From: Chitinophagaceae bacterium | GTDB lineage: Bacteria; Bacteroidota; Bacteroidia; Chitinophagales; Chitinophagaceae | DNA: 64,000 nucleotides | Reading direction: 5' to 3' | Assembly (NCBI GenBank): GCA_947454715.1 | Contig: CANGMZ010000002.1 | Coordinates: forward strand, 676-64,675 | Shown here: piece by piece, positions 27,288 to 37,920 of the stretch | How the letters are laid out: each line of letters begins with the position of its first letter | How positions within the stretch are numbered: position 1 is the stretch's first letter | Made by a program: the position numbers and the translations under genes | Notes under the pieces: model-generated | Told to the model about the DNA's origin: nothing | What the model saw: the letters and a program-made list of their open reading frames with translations, nothing else | The model's database searches: none

Positions 27288-28115
27288 ATGTCAGCAGACA
27301 CAAAGAAACGTGTATTAATTATTGCCAACGAGTTATCTCCATACACTGAGTTTACGGATTTTGCACACATCCTTAATAAACTGGCGATTAAAACTTTCGA
27401 TTCCGGTCTCGAAATCCGGGTAATTATGCCACGTTTTGGGGTAATCAACGAGCGCCGTCATCGGTTGCATGAAGTTGTGCGCCTATCCGGCATCAATGTG
27501 ATCATTGATAAAGATGATTATCCACTTCAGATCAAGGTAGCTTCACTTCCAAGTGCAAGGCTTCAGGTATATTTTATGGACAATGAGGACTACTTTAAAC
27601 GTAAGGCAGTTTTCAGAGATGATCAGGATAGCTTCTTTGATGATAATGCAGAAAGAATGATATTCTTCTGTAAGAGTGCATTAGAGACGGTTAAGAAATT
27701 CGGATGGCCACCGCATGTAATTCACTGCCATGGCTGGATGACATCTCTTGCTCCGCTTTATCTGAAAACTACTTACAAGAAAGAACCTGTTTTTGGTTAT
27801 AGCAAAGTAATATATACAGCACAAGCTGATCAGTTTTCAGAAACACTGAATCCAAATTTTGCAAAGAAAGCAATGATTAGCAGCGAAATAAAGGATAAAG
27901 ATTTTGAGGCATTTAAGCCAGGAACAAACAGCGCGCTTACATTAGGAGGTAGCAAACATGCTGATGTAGTAGTTGTAGGTTCTGAGAAATTAGATAGCAG
28001 CATATCTGAAGAATTAAAGCCCGGAAGATATAAGAAAATAGTTCAGTATGATGAAGCATGGAAAGAAGATGTTTCTTCACTTCTGGAGCTTTATAAAAGC
28101 TTAACAGAGTCTTAG
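27288..28115 (+). CDS. Glycogen/starch-synthase-like protein, N-terminal domain only
   Basis: EIRVIMPRFGVINERRHRLHEV, DNAERMIFF, IHCHGWMT. 275 aa, no KxGG motif. Confidence 0.85.
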   Translation: MSADTKKRVLIIANELSPYTEFTDFAHILNKLAIKTFDSGLEIRVIMPRFGVINERRHRLHEVVRLSGINVIIDKDDYPLQIKVASLPSARLQVYFMDNEDYFKRKAVFRDDQDSFFDDNAERMIFFCKSALETVKKFGWPPHVIHCHGWMTSLAPLYLKTTYKKEPVFGYSKVIYTAQADQFSETLNPNFAKKAMISSEIKDKDFEAFKPGTNSALTLGGSKHADVVVVGSEKLDSSISEELKPGRYKKIVQYDEAWKEDVSSLLELYKSLTES

Positions 28116-28154
28116 TTTTTCTTTTATCATCTTAGCAGCCTAAACAATAATACT

Positions 28155-29591
28155 TTGAATTCTGTTTTCCATCGTTTGAGAATCATATACGTAATGCTGG
28201 CATTTACTGCCATTGGTTTTGCCGGATGTCGTGAGCATACGTTGATTAGTTCTGCATTGTCGCCAGCGGCAGACACAGTAGGTGTACATGCAGATACGCT
28301 GTCTTGTATCACCCACACCTTCTATGACGACAATATTTATACCAGCGTGAACATTACAGGCTTGTTTGAGTATCAGGGTGTTGGTGCATTGACTGATTCT
28401 TTCTTTGGAACGATGACAGGCTCAACATATTTTCAGATTGCGAATACAGGAGGAATCTTAACTATAGATACGAGTGTCTCTAATCATATTGATTCAGTTA
28501 TTCTCAATGTACCTTATTCCGGTTTTGCATTCGGAGATACAAATAGTACTAATATCACACAGTCTTATCAGGCATTTTATTTAGATGATACTATTGGCTA
28601 CAACAGTGTTTATTTCCCGTACACTAACAAGTCTGTTGATATTGCAAATCCTTTAAGCGATCCTATTGCGGTAAATGTTTATCATCTCAGAGATTCTGTT
28701 ACAGTTGCGGGTGTAAAGTATCATCCGGCTATGAGATTGAAGTTGAACAAGGCACATATCATGTCTAAGCTGAATAATGCAATTACGATAGGTGCGGGAT
28801 CAACAATTGCGGCTTCCGCTTTTGTCGATGCTTTTAAAGGTATTTGTGTTCGCCCGGCTGATTACAGATTGTTTAATAAGGTAATTCCTTATTTTATTTT
28901 GAACGGTAGTGATGATTATTCTAAGGCGGGTGTATTGGTATATTACCATACAACAGCCTATCCGGATAGTGTGCAGCATCTTGCATTTTCTCACGAACAA
29001 GCATTGTGCGGGCATTTCAATAATATTACTAAATCATACAGCCGTTTCCCAATACATAAACTGTATACATCTACTCAGACAAATGATTCAATTATTGCAT
29101 TGCAAAATCAGCCTGGTGCAACGATAGATGTGAAAATTTATGGGTTGAAATCTATTCCTAAAGATGTAATAATAAATAAGGCAGATTTACAGATATCATT
29201 AATCAGTTCTTTGAATTCTGCTAATTTGTTTGCTCCGGCTCAAATCTATCCAATAGGTATAGGCAATGGAACATACCCAACAGGAACGACTGCCGGTGAT
29301 GAATATACGGTGTTGGACAGATATCCATTAACCACTACATCTCCTTATGGTATTTTGGATGGTACATCTCATACGATTACTTACGGTACTACCAATATTA
29401 CAACCTATACAGTAGGTATACCAAGAGAGGTAATATCTAGTATTGCTGCGAATAATGATACACTTCATTATCACATAAGAGGTACTCAGGTACTGTACGG
29501 TGCGTACAGGATGCTGGCAGCAGGAGGAAATTATTCTGATATCAGATACAAGACAAAGTTAATTGTTGTACATTCATCTCTTAAAAAATAA
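28155..29591 (+). CDS. DUF4270-family lipoprotein
   Basis: FAGC lipobox, IDSVILNVPY, LQNQPG; lies between the glycogen-synthase-like gene and glmS. Confidence 0.75.
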   Translation: MNSVFHRLRIIYVMLAFTAIGFAGCREHTLISSALSPAADTVGVHADTLSCITHTFYDDNIYTSVNITGLFEYQGVGALTDSFFGTMTGSTYFQIANTGGILTIDTSVSNHIDSVILNVPYSGFAFGDTNSTNITQSYQAFYLDDTIGYNSVYFPYTNKSVDIANPLSDPIAVNVYHLRDSVTVAGVKYHPAMRLKLNKAHIMSKLNNAITIGAGSTIAASAFVDAFKGICVRPADYRLFNKVIPYFILNGSDDYSKAGVLVYYHTTAYPDSVQHLAFSHEQALCGHFNNITKSYSRFPIHKLYTSTQTNDSIIALQNQPGATIDVKIYGLKSIPKDVIINKADLQISLISSLNSANLFAPAQIYPIGIGNGTYPTGTTAGDEYTVLDRYPLTTTSPYGILDGTSHTITYGTTNITTYTVGIPREVISSIAANNDTLHYHIRGTQVLYGAYRMLAAGGNYSDIRYKTKLIVVHSSLKK

Positions 29592-29596
29592 CCCAA

Positions 29597-31435
29597 ATGT
29601 GTGGCATAGTAGGTTACATTGGTAACAGGCAAGCATTCCCAATACTCATAAAAGGTCTAAAAAGACTTGAATACAGAGGTTATGACAGCGCAGGCGTTGC
29701 GTTGCTTAATGGGAATATGACAGTTTTTAAAAAGGCGGGAAAGGTTAATGACTTGGAGAAGGTTGTTGATCTTAATCATACAGCAGCTACAATAGGTATT
29801 GGTCACACAAGGTGGGCAACCCATGGAGAACCTAATGATAGAAATGCACATCCTCACTTGTCTCAGTCGGGAGAATTGGCAATTATTCATAATGGGATCA
29901 TAGAAAACTATGGTTCAATAAAAGAAGAATTGCAGAAAAGAGGTTACACATTCAAGTCAGATACAGATACTGAGGTATTGGTAAATCTGATTGAAGAGGT
30001 AAAGAAAACCGAAAATACTTCACTTGAGAATGCAGTTCGTATTGCGCTAAACGAAGTTGTTGGTGCTTATGCTATTGTTGTACTCAATGTAAATAATCCA
30101 GATCAGTTGGTGGCGGCTCGTAAGGGTAGTCCGTTGGTGATGGGTATTGGTGATGATGAGTTTTTTATTGGTTCTGATGCATCATCTATTATTGAGTATA
30201 CTAAGAATGTAGTATATCTTGATGATCAGGAATATGCAGTAATCAATCGTGATGGAACTTACCATATTTACACATTGGGTAATGTGGAAAAATCACATGC
30301 GATACAGAAGCTTGAGTTTTCGCTCGAGCTGATTGAGAAGGGTAATTTTGAGCATTTCATGTTGAAAGAAATCTTTGAACAGCCAAAAGCTATTGAAGAT
30401 TCACTACGTGGTCGTATGAATGCACAACAAGGATGGATAAAACTTGGTGGCCTTGCTGAATACGTGAAGAGAATAGATAATGCAGATCGCTTTATCATTA
30501 CTGCATGTGGCACATCATGGCACTCCGGTCTTATTGGTGAGTATCTTTTGGAAGATCTTGCTCGTATTCCAGTAGAGGTTGAGTATGCTTCGGAGTTCCG
30601 TTACCGTAACCCGATTATTAAAGAGAGCGATGTTGTTATTGCAATATCTCAATCAGGTGAAACTGCAGATACACTTGCAGCGATAGAGTTAGCTAAGGAA
30701 AGGCAAGCTTTGATATATGGTATTTGTAATGTTATAGGATCTTCAATTGCACGTGCTTCACATGCTGGTTCTTATACACATGCAGGCCCTGAGATTGGTG
30801 TTGCATCTACAAAGGCGTTCTCTACACAGGTATCTATAATCACACTTATTGCCTTGCAAATAGCGATGGTGAAAGGTACTATTCCAACTTCTAAAATGAG
30901 AGAAATACTCTATGAGTTGGAAAATATACCAAAGAAAATAGAGGAGACTTTACAGCTTAATGAACAAATAAAGGAGATTGCTGCAATTTATAAAGACGCA
31001 TCTAACTTCCTTTATCTTGGTCGTGGCTATAACTTCCCTGTTGCGTTAGAAGGAGCATTGAAGTTGAAGGAGATATCTTATATTCATGCGGAAGGGTATC
31101 CTGCTGCAGAGATGAAGCATGGTCCTATTGCGCTTATCGATGAAAATATGCCAGTAGTATTCCTTGCTACCAACAAGAGTGCATACGAAAAGATAGTTTC
31201 TAATGTACAGGAAGTAAAGGCAAGAAAGGGTAAAATAATAGCAGTAGTGCTGAAAGGTGATACTCAGATTGCAGCCCTTGCAGACCATGTAATCGAAGTG
31301 CCAGAGACAGAAGAGATTCTTTCTCCGCTGATTACAATTGTTCCATTACAGTTGTTGGCATATCATATTGCAATAATGAGAGGTTGCAATGTAGATCAAC
31401 CACGTAATCTTGCAAAATCAGTAACAGTTGAATAA
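29597..31435 (+). CDS. glmS: Glutamine--fructose-6-phosphate aminotransferase
   Basis: MCGIVG, LEYRGYDSAG, GHTRWATHG, SQSGETAD, EMKHGP, PRNLAKSVTVE. Confidence 0.98.
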   Translation: MCGIVGYIGNRQAFPILIKGLKRLEYRGYDSAGVALLNGNMTVFKKAGKVNDLEKVVDLNHTAATIGIGHTRWATHGEPNDRNAHPHLSQSGELAIIHNGIIENYGSIKEELQKRGYTFKSDTDTEVLVNLIEEVKKTENTSLENAVRIALNEVVGAYAIVVLNVNNPDQLVAARKGSPLVMGIGDDEFFIGSDASSIIEYTKNVVYLDDQEYAVINRDGTYHIYTLGNVEKSHAIQKLEFSLELIEKGNFEHFMLKEIFEQPKAIEDSLRGRMNAQQGWIKLGGLAEYVKRIDNADRFIITACGTSWHSGLIGEYLLEDLARIPVEVEYASEFRYRNPIIKESDVVIAISQSGETADTLAAIELAKERQALIYGICNVIGSSIARASHAGSYTHAGPEIGVASTKAFSTQVSIITLIALQIAMVKGTIPTSKMREILYELENIPKKIEETLQLNEQIKEIAAIYKDASNFLYLGRGYNFPVALEGALKLKEISYIHAEGYPAAEMKHGPIALIDENMPVVFLATNKSAYEKIVSNVQEVKARKGKIIAVVLKGDTQIAALADHVIEVPETEEILSPLITIVPLQLLAYHIAIMRGCNVDQPRNLAKSVTVE

Positions 31436-31468
31436 TCCAATTTTAATTCATAAAATTTCATTTTAATA

Positions 31469-32722
31469 ATGCCATATCTTTTCACATCAGAATCGGTGTC
31501 AGAAGGACACCCAGATAAAGTAGCGGATCAGATTTCTGACGCTTTGGTTGATAATTTTTTAGCTTGGGATCCACAGTCAAAAATTGCTTGTGAGACATTG
31601 GTTACTACCGGTCAGGTAATATTAGCAGGAGAGGTAAAGTGCAATTCTTATATTGATGTACAAACAATAGCTCGTGATGTAATTGCGAAAATTGGTTATA
31701 CAAAGAGTGAGTATATGTTTGAAGCTCATTCTTGCGGTGTACTTTCTGCTATTCATGAGCAATCACCTGATATTAATCAAGGTGTTGAGCGTAAGAAAAA
31801 GGAAGATCAGGGTGCAGGTGATCAAGGTATGATGTTTGGTTATGCAACTAACGAAACGGATAATTACATGCCTTTGGCTCTAGATCTTGCGCACAATCTG
31901 TTGTTGCAATTGTCTGCTATTCGTCGTGAAGGTAAGCAAATGAAATACTTGCGTCCGGATGCAAAAAGCCAGGTAACACTTGAATATAGTGATGATAATA
32001 AGCCGGTGCGTATTGATGCGATAGTAATATCTACGCAGCATGATGATTTTGCTGAAGAGAAGGCTATGCAAGAGCGCATTACAAAAGATGTAAAAACAAT
32101 TTTGATACCACGTGTTATCAAGAGCTATCCTCAATATAAGCATTTCTTTAATGATCAGATCAAGTATCACATTAACCCTACAGGTAAGTTTGTGATAGGT
32201 GGTCCTCATGGAGATACTGGTCTTACCGGTCGTAAGATTATTGTAGATACTTATGGTGGTAAAGGTGCTCATGGCGGTGGTGCATTTTCCGGAAAAGATC
32301 CGAGCAAGGTAGACAGATCAGCGGCTTATGCAACTCGTCACATTGCTAAGAACTTAGTTGCAGCAGGTGTTTGCGATGAGGTATTAGTTCAGGTTTCTTA
32401 TGCTATTGGTGTAGCAAAGCCAACAAGTATCTTTGTTGATACAAAGGGTACTGCTAAGGTTAAAATGACAGATGGTCAAATCAGTACTATTGTACAGGAG
32501 GTGTTTGATATGCGTCCTTACTTTATTGAAGAGCGTTTGAAGTTGCGCCAGCCAATGTATAGTGAGTGTGCTGCTTATGGTCACATGGGTCGCACTTCAG
32601 AAACTGTTACAAAGGAATTTAAGGCAGCAGGTGGACAAATTAAGAAAATGAAAGTAGAGTTGTTCACATGGGAAAAGCTTGATTACGTAGCAAAAGTTAA
32701 GAAGGCTTTTAAACTAAAATAA
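31469..32722 (+). CDS. metK: S-adenosylmethionine synthetase
   Basis: [43 protein letters not shown]. Confidence 0.98.
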   Translation: MPYLFTSESVSEGHPDKVADQISDALVDNFLAWDPQSKIACETLVTTGQVILAGEVKCNSYIDVQTIARDVIAKIGYTKSEYMFEAHSCGVLSAIHEQSPDINQGVERKKKEDQGAGDQGMMFGYATNETDNYMPLALDLAHNLLLQLSAIRREGKQMKYLRPDAKSQVTLEYSDDNKPVRIDAIVISTQHDDFAEEKAMQERITKDVKTILIPRVIKSYPQYKHFFNDQIKYHINPTGKFVIGGPHGDTGLTGRKIIVDTYGGKGAHGGGAFSGKDPSKVDRSAAYATRHIAKNLVAAGVCDEVLVQVSYAIGVAKPTSIFVDTKGTAKVKMTDGQISTIVQEVFDMRPYFIEERLKLRQPMYSECAAYGHMGRTSETVTKEFKAAGGQIKKMKVELFTWEKLDYVAKVKKAFKLK

Positions 32723-32744
32723 GTTTGTATAATTAATTATATTG

Positions 32745-32774
32745 AAACCGGAATGTTGTAAAACATTCCGGTTT
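32745..32774 (+). terminator. Intrinsic terminator after metK
   Basis: AAACCGGAATGTT / AACATTCCGGTTT plus T tract. Confidence 0.7.
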
Positions 32775-32828
32775 TGTTTTTTGATGTAACTCGTTTTATA
32801 ACTGCAAACCTTCTAAATTTGTTATGAT

Positions 32829-33473
32829 ATGCAGTTGACACTCACGCAATTAATACCTCAGCCACTAAGAGACAAACTATCTATGCGTCCATCGGGTATA
32901 TGGAACTGTGATTTGGTTTTTGGAGTGGGTGAGTATGTATTTGTAAAGGCACCATCAGGTACCGGTAAGACGACGCTTATGCATATACTTTATGGTCTCA
33001 GGAGTGATTATGATGGTGCAATACGGTGGGGTAAGTTAGCGCTAAGGGAGATGACAGCGGAAAGTTTAGCTGAACTGAGAGCCAATCAACTAAGTATAGT
33101 ATTTCAAGACATGAGGTTGTTCCCTGAGTTAACTGCATGGGAGAATCTGGAAATAAAGCGACAACTCACGAATACTATTTCTGCAAAAGAGATGGAAGGA
33201 TGGTTATCAAGGCTTGGTATTTCAGATAAGCGTGATTCGCTTGCCCGAACACTTTCTTATGGGGAGCAGCAGCGTGTAGCAATAATCAGGGCTTTATTAC
33301 AGCCGTTTAAATGGCTATTGATGGATGAGCCATTCAGCCACCTCGATCTCGAAAACATTGATAAGGCAAGGGCATTGATTATAGAAGTTATACAAAAAAA
33401 TAATGCCGGTATGATATTGGCTGACCTTGATGAGCATACATTTTTCAATTACAGCCAAACGATAAACCTTTGA
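32829..33473 (+). CDS. ABC transporter ATP-binding protein
   Basis: APSGTGKT, LSYGEQQR, LLMDEP. Confidence 0.92.
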   Translation: MQLTLTQLIPQPLRDKLSMRPSGIWNCDLVFGVGEYVFVKAPSGTGKTTLMHILYGLRSDYDGAIRWGKLALREMTAESLAELRANQLSIVFQDMRLFPELTAWENLEIKRQLTNTISAKEMEGWLSRLGISDKRDSLARTLSYGEQQRVAIIRALLQPFKWLLMDEPFSHLDLENIDKARALIIEVIQKNNAGMILADLDEHTFFNYSQTINL

Positions 33474-34672
33474 GCAAGAATTTACAACATATCATGCTGA
33501 AAAGAATACTGTTGAAAAATGGTCGCAGTTCACGTCTATGGGCATCTATGTTAGCGTTGCTAATAGGGAATACATTATTGCTTTTATCTGTATTAATATG
33601 GTGGAACTTTAATGAATTACTCTATGGTAAAGACCAGAATGATAGTTTGGGAAGCACCTTTATTACAGTAGGTAAAAAAGTAACCAATGCTAACATGGGA
33701 AACCAGACGGCAACATTGTTTACCGCTAACGATATTGATTCAGTAGTACAAGCAGTTCAGGTGCAATCAGTTGGCATGATAACATCTAACCAATTTCCGG
33801 TATTTGCAATGATGGGTGGAGATCTGGCGTTTGCCACGGAGCTGCCTTTAGAGAGTGTGCCGGATAGTTTTTTAGAGCATAAACCCGAAGATTGGCAGTG
33901 GCAGCCAGGTAGTAGAGATTTACCAATTATTATGTCGTCTCAGTTTCTGGATATATATAATTATGTGTTTGCACCCAGTCAGGGATTGCCCCAATTATCA
34001 GAGTCTTCTGTGAAATTATTAGCATTAAATTTGAAGGTGGGGCCAGGTGAAGGCGGGGAAGTATATACCGCACATGTTGTAGGATTCTCTGATCGTATCA
34101 GTTCTGTTATGGCTCCGCAGTCTTTTATAGATTATGGTAACAGTAAATATGGAAAACAAAAGAATGGTGGGGTATCGCAGTTAATACTCAAGGTGAAAGA
34201 TCCTTCGGATATAAAGTTTTCTAAATTCTTACAGCGTAATAACCTTACTACCAATAGCCAAAGCCTAAGGTGGAGTAAAATCAGATCTATAGTAGAAGTG
34301 GTCACTACAGCTACAGGGGTATTGGCAGTGTTACTTATGGGAATAGGTATATTAGTATTTATTCTTTTCGTGGAGTTGACTATCGCAAATGCGAAAGGAT
34401 CGTTGATATTACTGATAGAAATTGGCTATAGTCCCCGGATGCTTAGTCGGTTCATGATTGGTCGTTTTATCCCATTAATCATAGGTGTGCTTGCTACTGG
34501 TATGCTAATAGCGCTTGCTGCACAGATAATAGCCACGCATGCTGCTGCAGCACAGGGATTAGTGTTGCACACGGTCCCCGGGATCCCTTTCTGGTTAGCG
34601 TTATTTGGAAGTGCTATAGTGCTTTTGTTGCTTGTTGTTAGGTCTATCGGTAATGCAATAAATAAAAATTAA
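33470..34672 (+). CDS. FtsX-like ABC permease
   Basis: One N-terminal TM, large periplasmic domain, three C-terminal TMs; overlaps the ATPase (start may be 33494). Confidence 0.8.
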   Translation: MSKNLQHIMLKRILLKNGRSSRLWASMLALLIGNTLLLLSVLIWWNFNELLYGKDQNDSLGSTFITVGKKVTNANMGNQTATLFTANDIDSVVQAVQVQSVGMITSNQFPVFAMMGGDLAFATELPLESVPDSFLEHKPEDWQWQPGSRDLPIIMSSQFLDIYNYVFAPSQGLPQLSESSVKLLALNLKVGPGEGGEVYTAHVVGFSDRISSVMAPQSFIDYGNSKYGKQKNGGVSQLILKVKDPSDIKFSKFLQRNNLTTNSQSLRWSKIRSIVEVVTTATGVLAVLLMGIGILVFILFVELTIANAKGSLILLIEIGYSPRMLSRFMIGRFIPLIIGVLATGMLIALAAQIIATHAAAAQGLVLHTVPGIPFWLALFGSAIVLLLLVVRSIGNAINKN

Positions 34673-35004
34673 GCCATTTTCTTTGCCGGTTTATAAATCA
34701 ATTGATAGGAATGATCTATCATTTCTTTTAGCTCATTATTGGTAAGAGAATTATCAACGATTATAGTATTCCAATGTTTTTTGTTCATGTGGTAGCCGGG
34801 TAAGATACAGTCATGTTGTTCTCTTAACTCTATAGCTCTCTCGGGGTTACATTTTACGTTAAATCGGGGTGGTTGCGTATCAAGGCTCATCAGTAGAAAT
34901 ATTTTCCCTTGCACTTTAAAAACCAGTGTGTCTTCACCGAAGGGGAAACCTTCTTCTACTTGAGGTTTTGACAAAGCATAAATTCTGATTTCTTCAATAT
35001 TCAT
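34669..35004 (-). CDS. MmcQ/YjbR family protein
   Basis: EGFPFGEDTLVFKV.GKIF, NVKCNP, PGYHMNKKHWN. Confidence 0.93.
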   Translation of the reverse strand: MNIEEIRIYALSKPQVEEGFPFGEDTLVFKVQGKIFLLMSLDTQPPRFNVKCNPERAIELREQHDCILPGYHMNKKHWNTIIVDNSLTNNELKEMIDHSYQLIYKPAKKMA

Positions 35005-35201
35005 AATGCGAATTTATTTGTTTTTTATGTTTAAGTGTCGACACTTTTTTTGTTATGTTCATTATACACAAGAGCATAAAAAATAAGTTATAAATATTGG
35101 TAAATGATGCTTTTGTTTTAAGTATAACGAGATACCTTTGGCGCGGTTATTTGTGTGGTATGGTAGTGTGTATTGTAATAGTATAAACCATAAGTAAATC
35201 A

Positions 35202-36095
35202 ATGATCAACGATATTTTAATAATAATAGGAAGATACTTTAATGAAAGAAAGCTCATTCTTATATTATTGATTCTATTTTGTATACTTTCTCTGGTTTAT
35301 GTATCAGGTAAAATTGTTCATAGATTTTTGGTCAGGCAGAAAATACTAAAGCTGCTTGTACAAAGAAAAATAAGGGAGATAGAGCAGAAAAACGAAGCCC
35401 TGAAGCGTAACAATATGATCAAGACAAGATTAATTTCAATTATCAGTCATGATCTGATCAGTCCGCTTAGGTTTATTCATTTATCTACAAAAAATCTTAT
35501 AGACGAGGAAGATAAAATACCTGCTGAGTTGCGTAGGGAAATACTTGATGAAGTATCACATTCTTCTAAAGAACTGGAATTGTTATCAACGAATATACTT
35601 AATTGGATCAAGTATCAGAATGAGAACAGAAGGTTAATGAAGGAAGAGTTTAACCTGCACGAGATGGCAGAAAATATTTTTAGAATATTCAAGACCATAT
35701 CGAGAGAGAAGCAGGCCACATTTATTAATGAGATACACAATGAATTTGTACTGTACCAATATCAAGAGCCTATTAAAATAGTTTTGTATAATCTTATTCT
35801 TAATGCGCTCAATTTTACGGAAGAGGGCAATATAACCGTTAGTGGCGGTAAGAGCCATAAAGGTATATTGATAAAGGTGAAAGATGAAGGGCAGGGGATG
35901 AGTGAGGATCAGATAAAGAATGTAATGTCTGAGAACATTATTGTCTCATCTGCAAACGTTGAAAACCGCAAGGGGAACGGGTTAGGCTATCTGATAATAA
36001 AAGATTTGCTAAAACTAGTAGATGCCAAGTTCATTATTAAAAGTAAGAAAGGTAAAGGGACAATGGTGACAATATTACTGCCTGTTGACAGGTAG
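35202..36095 (+). CDS. Membrane-anchored histidine kinase with no extracytoplasmic sensor domain
   Basis: TM segment, coiled coil, SIISHDLISP H-box, NLILNALNFT, DEGQGM, GNGLG. TACCTTTG at 35133-35140. Confidence 0.88.
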   Translation: MINDILIIIGRYFNERKLILILLILFCILSLVYVSGKIVHRFLVRQKILKLLVQRKIREIEQKNEALKRNNMIKTRLISIISHDLISPLRFIHLSTKNLIDEEDKIPAELRREILDEVSHSSKELELLSTNILNWIKYQNENRRLMKEEFNLHEMAENIFRIFKTISREKQATFINEIHNEFVLYQYQEPIKIVLYNLILNALNFTEEGNITVSGGKSHKGILIKVKDEGQGMSEDQIKNVMSENIIVSSANVENRKGNGLGYLIIKDLLKLVDAKFIIKSKKGKGTMVTILLPVDR

Positions 36096-36096
36096 T

Positions 36097-36705
36097 TTAA
36101 TAGTTGATATTGTACAAGGTGGCTAGCTCTAGCACCTGAGTCATGTTGTCTGTTTCAATTTTATCAAATATCCTTTTCTTTATAGTAGAGACTGTGCTCA
36201 TGGTAAGGTTAAGTGTGATGGCTATATCTTTTGTTTTATGACCGTTGAGCAGATAATGTAATATTTCTAATTCGCGTGGCGACAGGAGTGCAAACGGATT
36301 TTTTGTGGGGTTTCTTTTTTCACCTTCTATAGGTTCTAAATTATGTAGGAAGCGACGCATATATGTTAGTGTGTCATCTTCATTCAGTGTTTTATTCAGA
36401 TAAAATTTTATGCCGTATTGCTTAAATACGTCACCATACACTTCAGATATTTGCATTGAAAATATCATGATTTCCATTTTAGGATAAAGGGAGATGATAT
36501 TTGGCACAATTTCAAGTGCAGTGCAGTCTGTTAAAATTACATCAAGAATAAGGTGTGTACAGGCTCCTTTTTTCAATTCATTCATTAGTGCAGAGCAAGT
36601 ACTTACCTCTGTAACATTTTTGAAGCCAAGATTGGTCTGTAAAATCAATTTCAGACCCTTTCTTATCATACTGTGGTCATCGGCAATAATTATCCTTGGT
36701 TGCAT
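36097..36705 (-). CDS. NarL/LuxR-family response regulator
   Basis: IADDH, LILD, LSPRELEIL..GHKTKDIA..STVSTIK HTH. Confidence 0.92.
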   Translation of the reverse strand: MQPRIIIADDHSMIRKGLKLILQTNLGFKNVTEVSTCSALMNELKKGACTHLILDVILTDCTALEIVPNIISLYPKMEIMIFSMQISEVYGDVFKQYGIKFYLNKTLNEDDTLTYMRRFLHNLEPIEGEKRNPTKNPFALLSPRELEILHYLLNGHKTKDIAITLNLTMSTVSTIKKRIFDKIETDNMTQVLELATLYNINY

Positions 36706-36993
36706 ATAAGTATACTGGGCTGCGGTAGCGTGCTGTCGCTGTTTTGAGCTGCTAAATTGCTTCTATAAAGAGGATAAGTTTGTCAAATAAATTCGACAAC
36801 AGTATCGCTTAAGTAAAACTAATCTTGCAAAGTGATATTAATTTAGGAATAAATTAGAATTTCTGTTTAAATATATTTTATGTTAATTAAAATAAACGTA
36901 TGAAGTATGCTGTAATCTATTTTGTTTGTTGACTGTTTTCGTGAAGCGATTTACATTGATTATTAATAAAACATACACCTTAAAAATACCCCA

Positions 36994-37836
36994 ATGTCAA
37001 GCCTTATTGTTGTTTTGTTTTTTCTTTTGTTATTGAGTCTTATTATTTTTCTTGCTTTTAAATTAAATAAAACTACGTCACAATTACATGCCATAACCAA
37101 TCAGAAAAAAAATATAGAAGATAGATATAGCGCATTAGAGTTGGTTGATGATAATAAAGAAAATGTCATCAGTATTATTTCTCATGACTTGAGGGGGCCA
37201 CTTAATACGCTTAATTCATTATTTTCCATGTGGAATGACGACAGCATATCATTAAAGGAATTTACTGATTTAAAGCCACGTATTAATAGTCAGCTACAGT
37301 CAGTTATTTTTTTGTTAGACAACCTTATTCATTGGTCAAAAATCAATGAACCGGGCAATATAGAAGCATTCTGTTTGGAAGAAGTGTTACAGCTGAATAT
37401 AGCATTACTCAGAGAAAACGCGGGGATAAAAAGTATAAGAATAAATATGGAAATGCAGGCAAAAGTGCCTGTTTACGGTAATAAAAATCAGATAGATGCA
37501 GTTGTGAGAAATATACTTGCAAATGCGATTAAGTTTACCCCTGTTGACGGTCAAATAAGTATAGTTGCAAAACTGAATGGCAGGTTTATGGAATTGTCTG
37601 TAATAGATACCGGAGTAGGAATGAGTGATATTCAGATACAAAAGATTATAGATAAAGAGAAACACAACACAACGATTGGTACTGTTGGTGAAAAGGGCAC
37701 AGGGCTTGGGTTGCAGCTAATCAATAAGTTTGTTTACGGTAATGGAGGAAGCATGAATATTACCAGTAAAATAAATTCCGGTACAAATTTTACAGTACAT
37801 TTCCCATTACAACAGGAAAATGATCTGGTTTTATAA
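36994..37836 (+). CDS. Membrane-anchored histidine kinase with no extracytoplasmic sensor domain
   Basis: N-terminal TM, SIISHDLRGP, NILANAIKFT, DTGVGM, GTGLGL. Confidence 0.9.
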   Translation: MSSLIVVLFFLLLLSLIIFLAFKLNKTTSQLHAITNQKKNIEDRYSALELVDDNKENVISIISHDLRGPLNTLNSLFSMWNDDSISLKEFTDLKPRINSQLQSVIFLLDNLIHWSKINEPGNIEAFCLEEVLQLNIALLRENAGIKSIRINMEMQAKVPVYGNKNQIDAVVRNILANAIKFTPVDGQISIVAKLNGRFMELSVIDTGVGMSDIQIQKIIDKEKHNTTIGTVGEKGTGLGLQLINKFVYGNGGSMNITSKINSGTNFTVHFPLQQENDLVL

Positions 37837-37920
37837 GTGGTAAAACTTTGTGGTTGAATTGGTGAGCTGAAGATTCTTGTACACATTTTGTACTTTCAGT
37901 TCTTAATACAGTACTAAACA

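Noticed and set aside
31436-31468. SAM riboswitch before metK
   Set aside because: The gap is only 33 nt and AT-rich, with no aptamer.
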